36,533 nucleotides of DNA from Patescibacteria group bacterium (GTDB taxonomy: Bacteria > Patescibacteriota > Gracilibacteria > UBA1369), in contig JAHJEW010000098.1 of the NCBI GenBank assembly GCA_018825335.1, forward strand, positions 1-36,533, given 5' to 3'. Shown one piece after another: positions 1 through 8,856 of this stretch. Every line of letters begins with the position of its first letter. The stretch's first letter is position 1. Made by a program: the position numbers and the translations under genes. The notes under the pieces were generated by a model. It had not been told where the DNA came from and did not search any database. It saw nothing but the letters and a program-made list of their open reading frames with translations.

Positions 1-1542
1 GGCAGCCATCTGGCCGTTGATATAAAGGTGCCTATGGATACCCCCGTTTATGCCATAGCCAATGGTATTGTTGAAAAAGCTTCAATTCAAAGCAGCGGTT
101 TCGGTCATCATATTGTAATTCGACATGATAATGTTCCATCTCTTGAAAATCCGGCGGTCAAAACAACCTATTATTCTTCATATTCGCATCTGGATCAGGT
201 TTTGGTTACTGAAGGAAGCGTTGTTCTTAAAGGACAGCTTATTGCAAAAAGCGGAGCTACCGGTACGGCATCCACTCCGCATATTCATTTTCAGATAGAT
301 AACACGAAAGCTCCATGGCATCCGTACTGGCCTTTTACATTTCAGGAGGCTTATGATGCGGGACTGAATTTTAATTCCGCCGTAGATGCAGGTCTGGGAA
401 AGGAAAAAGCACTTGAAACAACCATCAATTCGATGCTTTATGTACAAAAATATTTAAACGGTACAACTTCAACAAATGATAATTCATCAAATGTAGCACC
501 GGCCGTTTCAACAACCAATAATAGTACGGATCTTCCTCCTGCGGTTGATACGACTGCGGCTTCATCCACTTCAACTGAAAATACCGCAGAAACCGACACG
601 AATACTGCGGATACAAACGTAGTTGCGGAGGAACACCTGTCGAAGCCCGCGGTAAAATTTGAAATAACCCATCCGGATATTTTTACGGTTGGAAACGCTG
701 AATCCATTTTGGCAAAGGCGATTGATGAAGATGGCAATGTTGTTAAAGATTACAAGCCGGCTGATTATCTTTTCGTAAAGGTGATTATGGGCGGCGCATC
801 GGTACCAAAAACGGTTGCTGCAAAGGATTTTGTAAACGGTACCGTTTCTTTTGATATTACGCCGACTTCTTCTACGGGACTGCAAATCGAGGTAAAGGAC
901 GCGAATAGTATTTCCGGCCAGTCACATTTGATGAAAAGTGTGATGTTCAATGATGTTGATACAAATGCATCGTATTATGACGCCGTAAGTTTCCTTAAGG
1001 AAAATGGTGTCATAACTGGTTATCCTGACGGATCTTTCAGGCCCGAAGCCGTGGTAAGCAGGGTTGAATCTTTGAAATTTATTTTAAGCGGAATAAATTC
1101 AGAGCTTATATCGGCCAAAAAATTACCTTTTCCCGATACTGCGGCCAAAGAGTGGTATTCGGATTATGTCGTAACCGCCTATAATCGTGCCATTGTGGGT
1201 GGATATCCGGACAATACATTTAAACCTGCAAATACCGTTAACCGCGCGGAATTCCTGAAGATGCTGCTTAACGCTATGGAAATAAATGTCGATAAGAGTG
1301 TTTCGAGGGATGTTTATTCGGATGTGCCGAGGGATGCGTGGTTTGCGCCATATGTTCAATATGCCAAGGACAAGAATCTGATTTCACATAGCGGCGGGTC
1401 GTTTAAACCAAATGAAGGCATGACAAGATCCGAAGTTGCCGACCTGATTTACAGAGTAATTGTTTTAAAGATTTCCGGCAGTCAAAAGTATTCCTCCGGT
1501 CTGAAGGTTTCCGGAAGTGAGGTTAGTGCGTACTTTAGCTGA
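1..1542 (+). CDS. M23 family metallopeptidase with Ser/Thr-rich linker, Ig-like region and three C-terminal SLH domains (5'-truncated by window)
   Basis: Frame 1 is open from base 1 (GSHLAVDIK = HxxxD). YSHL...GQLIAKSGATG.ASTPHIHF gives the HxH motif. Three repeats of F.DV..WY/GY.DG.F.P....R.E are SLH domains. Confidence 0.9.
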   Translation, partial: GSHLAVDIKVPMDTPVYAIANGIVEKASIQSSGFGHHIVIRHDNVPSLENPAVKTTYYSSYSHLDQVLVTEGSVVLKGQLIAKSGATGTASTPHIHFQIDNTKAPWHPYWPFTFQEAYDAGLNFNSAVDAGLGKEKALETTINSMLYVQKYLNGTTSTNDNSSNVAPAVSTTNNSTDLPPAVDTTAASSTSTENTAETDTNTADTNVVAEEHLSKPAVKFEITHPDIFTVGNAESILAKAIDEDGNVVKDYKPADYLFVKVIMGGASVPKTVAAKDFVNGTVSFDITPTSSTGLQIEVKDANSISGQSHLMKSVMFNDVDTNASYYDAVSFLKENGVITGYPDGSFRPEAVVSRVESLKFILSGINSELISAKKLPFPDTAAKEWYSDYVVTAYNRAIVGGYPDNTFKPANTVNRAEFLKMLLNAMEINVDKSVSRDVYSDVPRDAWFAPYVQYAKDKNLISHSGGSFKPNEGMTRSEVADLIYRVIVLKISGSQKYSSGLKVSGSEVSAYFS

Positions 1543-1599
1543 TTTTTGGTTTGATAACGTTGTCCGCAGAGCGAAAATACGCTAGAGTGGGCTTTGCGT

Positions 1600-1676
1600 G
1601 CGCCCGTAGCTCAGCTGGATAGAGCAGTGCCCTTCTAAGGCAAAGGTCGCAGGTTCAAATCCTGCCGGGCGTACCA
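1600..1676 (+). tRNA. tRNA-Arg(TCT)
   Basis: Acceptor stem GCGCCCG/CGGGCGT, D arm GCTC..GAGC, anticodon loop CTTCTAA, T loop GGTTCAAATCC, encoded CCA. Confidence 0.96.
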
Positions 1677-1682
1677 TTTTTC

Positions 1683-1711
1683 TTGACTTGATTTTTTGGG
1701 CCAGTTATGTT
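1683..1711 (+). promoter_or_regulatory. putative sigma70 promoter
   Basis: TTGACT-N17-TATGTT upstream of the ORF at 1740. Confidence 0.5.
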
Positions 1712-1739
1712 TTACTATGCTCTGTTTTAATAAAATCTT

Positions 1740-2318
1740 ATGCGTCTTAAAAATGATGAAGAAATAGTAAAGGTTTTTCATCACCATCTCACAGCCCGTT
1801 TAATAAGGGGATGTAAAATTGTTGTGGCAGGGCTTCCATTTTTTCTTGTCGCATGGTTTTTAAGAGACCTATTCACTCCCTCGCAGATGATGAATATTTA
1901 TGTTGTTGTTGGCCTGTTAACAGCTATCCCGCTTATTTATGATTCATTTTTCTATCATATGGATAGACTTATTATTACAAATAACAGAATTTTATTTATT
2001 GACTGGAACGGTGCTTTTACGAGAACTGAGCATGAGGCGGAACTTTCTGATATTCAGAATATTGTCACAAAGGAAATGGGTATTTTCTCCTTATTGAAAA
2101 TTTTTGATTATGGTGATTTTATAGTGGAAACAGCTTCGACTCATAAGTCTATATTTTTCCCCTGCGCTCCCGATCCGGAAGGCATAAAGCATTTTATCTA
2201 TCATCTCAATATAAAACCTAATAGAATAGGTGGTGAAAGTTCAAATATCCAAAATGATCAAACGGGAAAAACAGCGGAAGACGCCTCTTTTGTCGCAGAA
2301 GGACAGCAGCGACGATAA
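1740..2318 (+). CDS. membrane protein with two TM helices and a bacterial PH-like domain
   Basis: Two hydrophobic segments followed by [12 protein letters not shown]...E..L.DIQ.......G......DYG...VETA, a bPH-type pattern. Confidence 0.75.
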   Translation: MRLKNDEEIVKVFHHHLTARLIRGCKIVVAGLPFFLVAWFLRDLFTPSQMMNIYVVVGLLTAIPLIYDSFFYHMDRLIITNNRILFIDWNGAFTRTEHEAELSDIQNIVTKEMGIFSLLKIFDYGDFIVETASTHKSIFFPCAPDPEGIKHFIYHLNIKPNRIGGESSNIQNDQTGKTAEDASFVAEGQQRR

Positions 2319-3276
2319 TGTCCAGTTTGAACAGACTTTAAGGCCCCATTTATTAAAGGATTATATCGGTCAGGAGGAGGTTAAGAAGAATCTTTGCATA
2401 TTTATCGATGCAACCAAAAAACGGGAGGAAAGTCTTGAACATATTTTAATTCACGGTCCCCCCGGCCTTGGGAAAACCACACTTGCCCATATCGTAGCCA
2501 GGGAGATGGGAGTTAACATTAAGGTTACTTCCGGGCCTGCTCTTGAGAAGCAGGGTGATATTGCTTCTATAATCACCAATCTGCGCGACAAAGATATTTT
2601 GTTTATTGATGAAATTCATCGGTTGAAGCCTGTTGTTGAGGAAGTTCTTTATTCCGCGATGGAGGATTATTGTCTTGATTTGATAATCGGCAAAGGACCG
2701 GCTGCAAGAACAATGCGGCTTAAATTGCCACGATTTACGCTTATAGGGGCGACAACAAAAATGAGCATGCTTTCATCACCGCTAAGGGACCGTTTCGGGT
2801 CTTTGATTCATCTTAATTTTTACGATGCCGATAGCATTCGGGAAATAATTGAGCGTTCAGCCAAGATCCTGGACTGTAAGATTGATGGGAATGCGGCGGC
2901 GGTTTTGGCCAAATGTTCGCGTCAAACTCCGCGCATCGCCAACCGTTTGCTCCGGAGGGTGCGTGATTTTGCCGATTACTACGGTAAAACGGTGATAGAC
3001 ACAGGGATTGTTGAAACGGCTCTTAAGGCGCTCGGGGTAGATGAGCTTGGTCTTGATAACGTTGACCGGGAAATATTAAATACAATTATTCTCAAGTTTA
3101 AAGGCGGTCCGGTCGGGCTGAATACTATCGCCGCTTCGATTTCCGAAGAAGAGAACACCGTGGAAGATATTTATGAACCTTTTCTGCTTAAACTGGGTTT
3201 TCTTGAACGTACGCCCCGCGGGAGACAAGTGACTTCCCGTGCTTATGAACATATGGGTCTTAAATGTAATTTTTAA
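2254..3276 (+). CDS. ruvB: Holliday junction branch migration helicase RuvB
   Basis: [52 protein letters not shown]...G..RTPRGR. ATG at 2254 preferred over the upstream start at 2230. Confidence 0.97.
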   Translation: MIKREKQRKTPLLSQKDSSDDNVQFEQTLRPHLLKDYIGQEEVKKNLCIFIDATKKREESLEHILIHGPPGLGKTTLAHIVAREMGVNIKVTSGPALEKQGDIASIITNLRDKDILFIDEIHRLKPVVEEVLYSAMEDYCLDLIIGKGPAARTMRLKLPRFTLIGATTKMSMLSSPLRDRFGSLIHLNFYDADSIREIIERSAKILDCKIDGNAAAVLAKCSRQTPRIANRLLRRVRDFADYYGKTVIDTGIVETALKALGVDELGLDNVDREILNTIILKFKGGPVGLNTIAASISEEENTVEDIYEPFLLKLGFLERTPRGRQVTSRAYEHMGLKCNF

Positions 3277-3288
3277 TCTTTTTTTGCG

Positions 3289-4611
3289 ATGAGAAAGACA
3301 TATTTAATTTTATCGACCGTTTTTTTAATCTTTTTATGTTTTTTTTCAATTTTCGGATGCGTATCCAATGAAAATGATAATGAGATAAAGGTTGATAATT
3401 ATCCTTTGGACAGAAGAATCGGTAGTATAGTTTCGTTGGGAACCGTCACGTCATCTTCCAGGGGAACGCATCTTTTGAAACTGGATGATGGCGATACAAT
3501 CCTGTTAAAAAGCACATCCATCGACCTGGATGATGAAAAATTCAAGGATAAGGTTGTTGAGGTTAAGGGAGTTTTGACCTACAACACGGGTGACAAGCCT
3601 GTTATGGAGGTTATGAACATTGATATAGTTGATAATCAGGTGGCGGAAACATCCAGCGCTCCCGTATGGAAAACCTGGTCCGGAGAACTTTTCCATATTA
3701 ATTACAGAGATGATTTTACACTTGAGCAAAGCGGAAGTAGCGTTATTTTTTCCAGGCCTGTCGTTAATGAAACCAATGTTGAATCTACCGATGATGGAGC
3801 AAAAATGAATGAAGAGAAGGATATTGTTTCAATTGCAGTTGAGAAAAAGAGTGACGGTGAATCTTTGGCGGATAAATTGGGTGTCAATACGGATGAATCT
3901 TCTCCGGGATTGAGCCTTGGCCTTGTAAAGAGCAAGATAGGCATACAAAATCTTGATGCTTATAAGAAAGGAGAACAAGGGGATTCCACCCTGGTTTACT
4001 ATACCGAGGACGATTCTTATATTTATACGATTTCTTTTGAGGCGGGAGATAAGGATAATCAGCTTGTAAGTGAAAATATTTTTTACGAAATGCTGGCATC
4101 TTTTGAATTGGGGCAGGGATTGAATAACGCTTTGGGAGAGGATTCAACAGAAGCGATTTCTTCGAGGACTCTTGATGTTCAAACTTATTCCGAAAGTGAC
4201 AGCCAATTGAATGATGAGAACTCTACAGATAGCGCTATTGAGATTATTGATACACAAGAGTCCGGGGATTTAATGCAATATGAAAGCGACACTTTTGGAT
4301 TTGTCGTTTCATACCCGAAAAATTGGTATTTTGAAGGGTCAGCCGGTAATGAGACAGGCATACAGAGGCATTATGAATTTGGTAAAGATCCTCTGGATGA
4401 AAGTCCGGCGGTTGTTGGATTGGATTTATTGAGTTCCGTACCGGTTTCCGGGACGAAGGTTTCATACGGTGGCCGCGAATTTACCAAAGTTGTCACAGGA
4501 TCCGTGGAGGAAATATATTTTAAAGGTGAAAACAGAGCTTATCGTTTCAGCGGGAACTTGGGAAATGAATCTTTGCTTATGCAAATGGCTTCAACTTTAA
4601 CGGAAAAGTAG
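3289..4611 (+). CDS. putative lipoprotein, acidic, possibly with PsbP-like domains
   Basis: Basic N-terminus, hydrophobic stretch and IFGC lipobox-like motif. YESDTFGFVVSYPKNW resembles the start of a PsbP-like fold. Confidence 0.55.
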   Translation: MRKTYLILSTVFLIFLCFFSIFGCVSNENDNEIKVDNYPLDRRIGSIVSLGTVTSSSRGTHLLKLDDGDTILLKSTSIDLDDEKFKDKVVEVKGVLTYNTGDKPVMEVMNIDIVDNQVAETSSAPVWKTWSGELFHINYRDDFTLEQSGSSVIFSRPVVNETNVESTDDGAKMNEEKDIVSIAVEKKSDGESLADKLGVNTDESSPGLSLGLVKSKIGIQNLDAYKKGEQGDSTLVYYTEDDSYIYTISFEAGDKDNQLVSENIFYEMLASFELGQGLNNALGEDSTEAISSRTLDVQTYSESDSQLNDENSTDSAIEIIDTQESGDLMQYESDTFGFVVSYPKNWYFEGSAGNETGIQRHYEFGKDPLDESPAVVGLDLLSSVPVSGTKVSYGGREFTKVVTGSVEEIYFKGENRAYRFSGNLGNESLLMQMASTLTEK

Positions 4612-4636
4612 TGTGTTTTTCATTTTTTTGTCTTTA

Positions 4637-4677
4637 TTGACAAGTCGCTATTGGCACTCTATTATTTTGAGTGCTAA
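4637..4677 (+). promoter_or_regulatory. CIRCE (HrcA operator) overlapping the clpC sigma70 promoter
   Basis: TTGGCACTC-N9-GAGTGCTAA at 4651-4677, one mismatch to the CIRCE consensus. TTGACA(4637)-N17-TATTAT(4660) places the -10 in the CIRCE spacer. Confidence 0.9.
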
Positions 4678-4806
4678 TTCGGAAGTTTTACCTCATTATT
4701 ATGCCATATAATAAAGATGGCACCCGTAAAGTCCAAATGAAGGTAACATTCTTCTTAAATCAGCTCCAATATGCTAAAATTCATAGAAACATAACAAAAA
4801 ACTTAA

Positions 4807-7437
4807 ATGTCAGATAATCGATTTGAAAAATTCACAAAGGAAGCAAAACAGGCTCTGGTCGTTGCGCAGGAAAAAGCACGTGACTCCAAGCTCAATTATG
4901 TAGGTACCGAGCATATTCTTATTGGTATTTTATCGCAGGCAAATTCTCTTGGCGCCGCAATTCTCATGAATTTCGGCGTATCCATGGAAAATGTTCATCT
5001 TGTATTAAAGACCGTGGGGCGGATGAGCACTGCTCCCGCGGGAGCCCAGAAAGGATGGGGCGGACTTAGCGGATTTGCAAAAAAAGTCATTGAGCAGGCC
5101 GTTTTGTCGGCTCATGAGTTCAACCATTCATATATTGGGACGGAGCATCTTCTTTATGCCCTTGTTGCACAGGAAAATACCGCTGCGACAGTAATTCTGG
5201 AAAATATGAAGGTAAACCCGTCCGATATTCGCGACCAGATTATTCAGGCTTTCGAAAAAAATAGAGAAACCGCAGCCAGACAGGTAAACAGCGATTCACA
5301 GATGGCTGGAATGAATCCGATTGAGTTCTTTTTAAGCGGACTTCACGGCGTGCTTGTTGGCAATATGCAAAACAACAAAGAGCAATTTAAGGATCCATCC
5401 AAACAGAAAACGGAGCAAAAAGGCGGCGGCGCGCCTCCAAAAACGCCCGCACTTGATTATTTTACTATTGATGTGACCGATCAATGCCGGAAGGGCAAAC
5501 TGGGACCAGTTATTGGAAGAAAAAAAGAGATTGAAAGAATTGTCAGTATTTTATGCAGAAAAACAAAGAACAATCCTGTGCTTATAGGAGAGCCGGGCGT
5601 AGGTAAGACCGCGGTCGTTGAAGGGCTCGCACATGCGATTGTTCTGGAGCAGGTTCCGGACATGATGCTTGATAAACGGATTTTGTCTCTTTCTATGACT
5701 TCGGTTGTTGCCGGAACCAAGTACAGAGGTGAGTTTGAGGAAAGAATCAAGCAGATTATTGATGAGGCGGCTTCCCAGCCGAATGTTATTCTGTTTATTG
5801 ACGAGCTGCACAGCGTAATCGGCGCCGGTAGCGCGGAAGGCAGTCTGGATGCCGCAAATATATTGAAACCGGCTCTTTCTCGCGGTCAGGTGCAGGTAAT
5901 CGGAGCAACTACAACCAATGAATACCGCAAACATATTGAAAGCGATACTGCTCTGGAAAGGCGTTTCCAGCCTGTAATTATCGGGGAGCCGAGTGAAAAA
6001 GAAACTCTGGAAATATTAAGAGGTCTGCGTGAAGGTTTTGAGGAACACCATAATCTCCTTATTTCGGAGGAGGCGATGGAGGTTTCCATAACTTTATCCA
6101 AACGTTATATACATGATCGTTTTTTACCGGATAAAGCAATCGATCTGCTGGATGAAGCCTGCTCGAACAGGCGTATTAAAAGCAAAGGGAACATTGATAA
6201 AGTGCGCAAACTGCAAAAAGAGTTGAGTAAAATCATCAAGAGAAAAGAAGAATCCGTTTCCAGCCAGGATTATGAACATGCCGCCGAGCTTCGCAATCGC
6301 GAGCTGGAGCTTTTAAAAGAAATAGAGGCTACCAAATTGGTGAAAATTCCAAGAGAGCAACGTGAAAATATCGGGCAGGATGATATTGCATACGTCGTTT
6401 CAACCGCTACGGGAATTCCCGTCACGAGGCTTGTTAAAGCGGATATTGCAAGATTAAAGAATCTTGGAACTTTACTTGAAAAACGTGTTGTCGGCCAGGA
6501 TGAAGCGATTAATGCCGTTGCAAAAGCCATTCAGCGATCCCGCGCCGGATTTGCGGATCATAAGCGTCCGATAGGTTCATTTATTTTTATGGGGCCGACC
6601 GGAGTTGGTAAAACCGAGCTGGTGCGTGCACTGGCGGAAGAAATTTATAACGATAAAGATGCATTGATCAAGATTGATATGAGTGAATTTATGGAAAGGC
6701 ACAATACTTCACGTTTAGTTGGAACCACAGCGGGTTATGTCGGTTATGATGACGGCGGACAATTGACCGAAACTGTAAGAAGGAAACCTTATTCCGTTGT
6801 TTTGTTCGATGAAATAGAAAAGGCTCATCCCGATGTGTTCAATCTGCTTCTTCAAATTCTTGAAGATGGTGAACTTACGGACAGCAAGGGACGAAGAATC
6901 GATTTTAAAAACACGATTATTGTTATGACTTCCAATATCGGAGCGAAGCGGATGACGGAAGGTGCCGCGCCTATCGGATTTAACATTGATTTGAAGGAAA
7001 TTGATAAGGCGGAGCAGGATTTTGAAAGGATACGGGACACCGTACTTGATGATCTTAAAAATCATTTCAGACCCGAATTTTTGAACAGAATCGATAAAGT
7101 GATTGTTTTCCATCCTCTAAAACACGAGCATATTAGGGAAATAGTCAAGATGCATATCGGCTATCTGCAGGATCGTCTCAAGAAGAAGAACATTACGATT
7201 CAACTTACACCCGGCGGCCTGGAAACTTTGGCAAAGCTTAGCTATGATCCTCATTTCGGGGCCAGACCGGTGCGCCGAAAAGTGCAGGAACTTGTGGAGG
7301 ATGAGCTGACGCAGAAATATCTTGATGGCACTTTCAAGGATAATGATACGATAAAAATCGTAAAAGACGGTGAAAGCATCAGACTGCAGAGGGTTGTTCC
7401 GAAAAAGAAAGCTGCCGGCAAGAGTGCTTCCAATTGA
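4807..7437 (+). CDS. clpC: ATP-dependent Clp protease ATP-binding subunit ClpC
   Basis: Two Clp-N repeats (GTEH), two AAA+ modules (GEPGVGKT; GPTGVGKT), short UVR-like middle region (QDYEHAAELR), IGF ClpP-binding loop. Confidence 0.93.
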   Translation: MSDNRFEKFTKEAKQALVVAQEKARDSKLNYVGTEHILIGILSQANSLGAAILMNFGVSMENVHLVLKTVGRMSTAPAGAQKGWGGLSGFAKKVIEQAVLSAHEFNHSYIGTEHLLYALVAQENTAATVILENMKVNPSDIRDQIIQAFEKNRETAARQVNSDSQMAGMNPIEFFLSGLHGVLVGNMQNNKEQFKDPSKQKTEQKGGGAPPKTPALDYFTIDVTDQCRKGKLGPVIGRKKEIERIVSILCRKTKNNPVLIGEPGVGKTAVVEGLAHAIVLEQVPDMMLDKRILSLSMTSVVAGTKYRGEFEERIKQIIDEAASQPNVILFIDELHSVIGAGSAEGSLDAANILKPALSRGQVQVIGATTTNEYRKHIESDTALERRFQPVIIGEPSEKETLEILRGLREGFEEHHNLLISEEAMEVSITLSKRYIHDRFLPDKAIDLLDEACSNRRIKSKGNIDKVRKLQKELSKIIKRKEESVSSQDYEHAAELRNRELELLKEIEATKLVKIPREQRENIGQDDIAYVVSTATGIPVTRLVKADIARLKNLGTLLEKRVVGQDEAINAVAKAIQRSRAGFADHKRPIGSFIFMGPTGVGKTELVRALAEEIYNDKDALIKIDMSEFMERHNTSRLVGTTAGYVGYDDGGQLTETVRRKPYSVVLFDEIEKAHPDVFNLLLQILEDGELTDSKGRRIDFKNTIIVMTSNIGAKRMTEGAAPIGFNIDLKEIDKAEQDFERIRDTVLDDLKNHFRPEFLNRIDKVIVFHPLKHEHIREIVKMHIGYLQDRLKKKNITIQLTPGGLETLAKLSYDPHFGARPVRRKVQELVEDELTQKYLDGTFKDNDTIKIVKDGESIRLQRVVPKKKAAGKSASN

Positions 7438-7462
7438 CAGAAGCTATTTTCGGCTTTAGTAT
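7434..7462 (+). promoter_or_regulatory. sigma70 promoter for rpsA
   Basis: TTGACA-N17-TAGTAT, overlapping the clpC stop codon. Confidence 0.7.
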
Positions 7463-7559
7463 GTGCGGGCTTTATGGCGGGGGTCTTAAATAAGACCCGG
7501 CAAGGTTGGCTCCCCTGTAAAGAAATATTATTTAAGAACTTTGCCGCGGCGGCTTTATT

Positions 7560-8852
7560 ATGACGACTGCAAGCGTACATCCAATGGACGCCCTTATCCT
7601 GAAAATGGGTGATTTTCATATGCCTGTGCCCGGAGAACTGGTTGAGGGTCAGGTGGTTGCTGTTTTTAAAAATAAAATTCTTCTGGATATCGGAGGCATG
7701 ACAACGGGCATGATTAGCGGCCGTGAAGCCAAGGATACCGAGGATACATTGAAAAACGTCAATATCGGCGACACTCTTTCAGCCTATGTAATTGAAGGCG
7801 AAAATGATGAAGGATATATTGTTTTGTCCTTAAGAAAGGCCAATCAGGAAAAAACGTGGAAGAAATTTATCGATGCCCATGAGAATTCCGAGGTAATCAA
7901 GGTAAAAGCGAATGAAGCGAATAAAGGCGGTCTATTGCTTGAAATCAACGGTATTAAAGGTTTTATCCCTGTTTCGCAGCTGGCACCAATGCATTATCCG
8001 CGCGTTAACGACGCGGATGCAAACCAGATTCTTGCAAGACTGCAAAAGCTGATCGGAATTGAATTCAGTGTGAAGATTATCAATATTGATAAGGAAAACG
8101 GTAAGCTGATTCTTTCCGAGCGCGCCGCCATGGAGGAACAGCGCAGGGATGCTCTTAAGCAGCTTAATGTCGGAGATACGGTCAAGGGTAGAATCAGCGG
8201 AATTGTTAAATTCGGTATATTTGTGGCTTTTGACGGGCTTGAGGGTCTTGTGCACATTTCCGAAATCGCATGGGGACATGTGAAAAATCCGGCCGATTAC
8301 GGAAAACTCGGGGATGAGGTGGAAGTGCAGGTTATAGGTGTGGACGGGGATAAAATTTCACTTTCAATGAAACGCCTCGTGCCGGATCCGTGGCTTGAGG
8401 CAGCCAAAATGTACAAGATCGGTTCGATTGTGGAGGGTGAAGTCAACCGCATGACGCCTTTTGGTGTGTTTGTTAAGCTTAATGATGAAATAAACGGTCT
8501 GATTCATGTTACTGAAATTTCGGAGGAACCCATTTCTGATCCATCACAGGCTTTGAAGTTGGGTGATGTTGTAAAAGCCAAGGTAATCGCCGTCGAACCG
8601 GATGAACACCGCGTAGGTCTTTCGATAAAAGCTTTGACGGAGAAGAAAAAGTCGGTAAAGAAAAAGAAGGTCGCAAGTGAGGAATCTTCAAAAGAAGAGG
8701 CTGTGGAGGCTAAGAGTGATGTGCCCCCGGAGACTGCGGGTGAAGTTGTAGAGGCGGCCGCCGCCGAAGAAAAGGAGAAAAAGGTTGTGAAGAAGAAGGC
8801 GGTTCGGAAAAAGGCTAAAGCTAAGGCTAAATCAGTAAAAACTGAAGAGTAG
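7560..8852 (+). CDS. rpsA: 30S ribosomal protein S1 (four S1 domains, Lys/Glu/Ala-rich tail)
   Basis: S1 repeats: KGFIPVSQL, FGIFV..G.EGLVHISEI, FGVFV......GLIHVTEI. Confidence 0.92.
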   Translation: MTTASVHPMDALILKMGDFHMPVPGELVEGQVVAVFKNKILLDIGGMTTGMISGREAKDTEDTLKNVNIGDTLSAYVIEGENDEGYIVLSLRKANQEKTWKKFIDAHENSEVIKVKANEANKGGLLLEINGIKGFIPVSQLAPMHYPRVNDADANQILARLQKLIGIEFSVKIINIDKENGKLILSERAAMEEQRRDALKQLNVGDTVKGRISGIVKFGIFVAFDGLEGLVHISEIAWGHVKNPADYGKLGDEVEVQVIGVDGDKISLSMKRLVPDPWLEAAKMYKIGSIVEGEVNRMTPFGVFVKLNDEINGLIHVTEISEEPISDPSQALKLGDVVKAKVIAVEPDEHRVGLSIKALTEKKKSVKKKKVASEESSKEEAVEAKSDVPPETAGEVVEAAAAEEKEKKVVKKKAVRKKAKAKAKSVKTEE

Positions 8853-8856
8853 TGGT

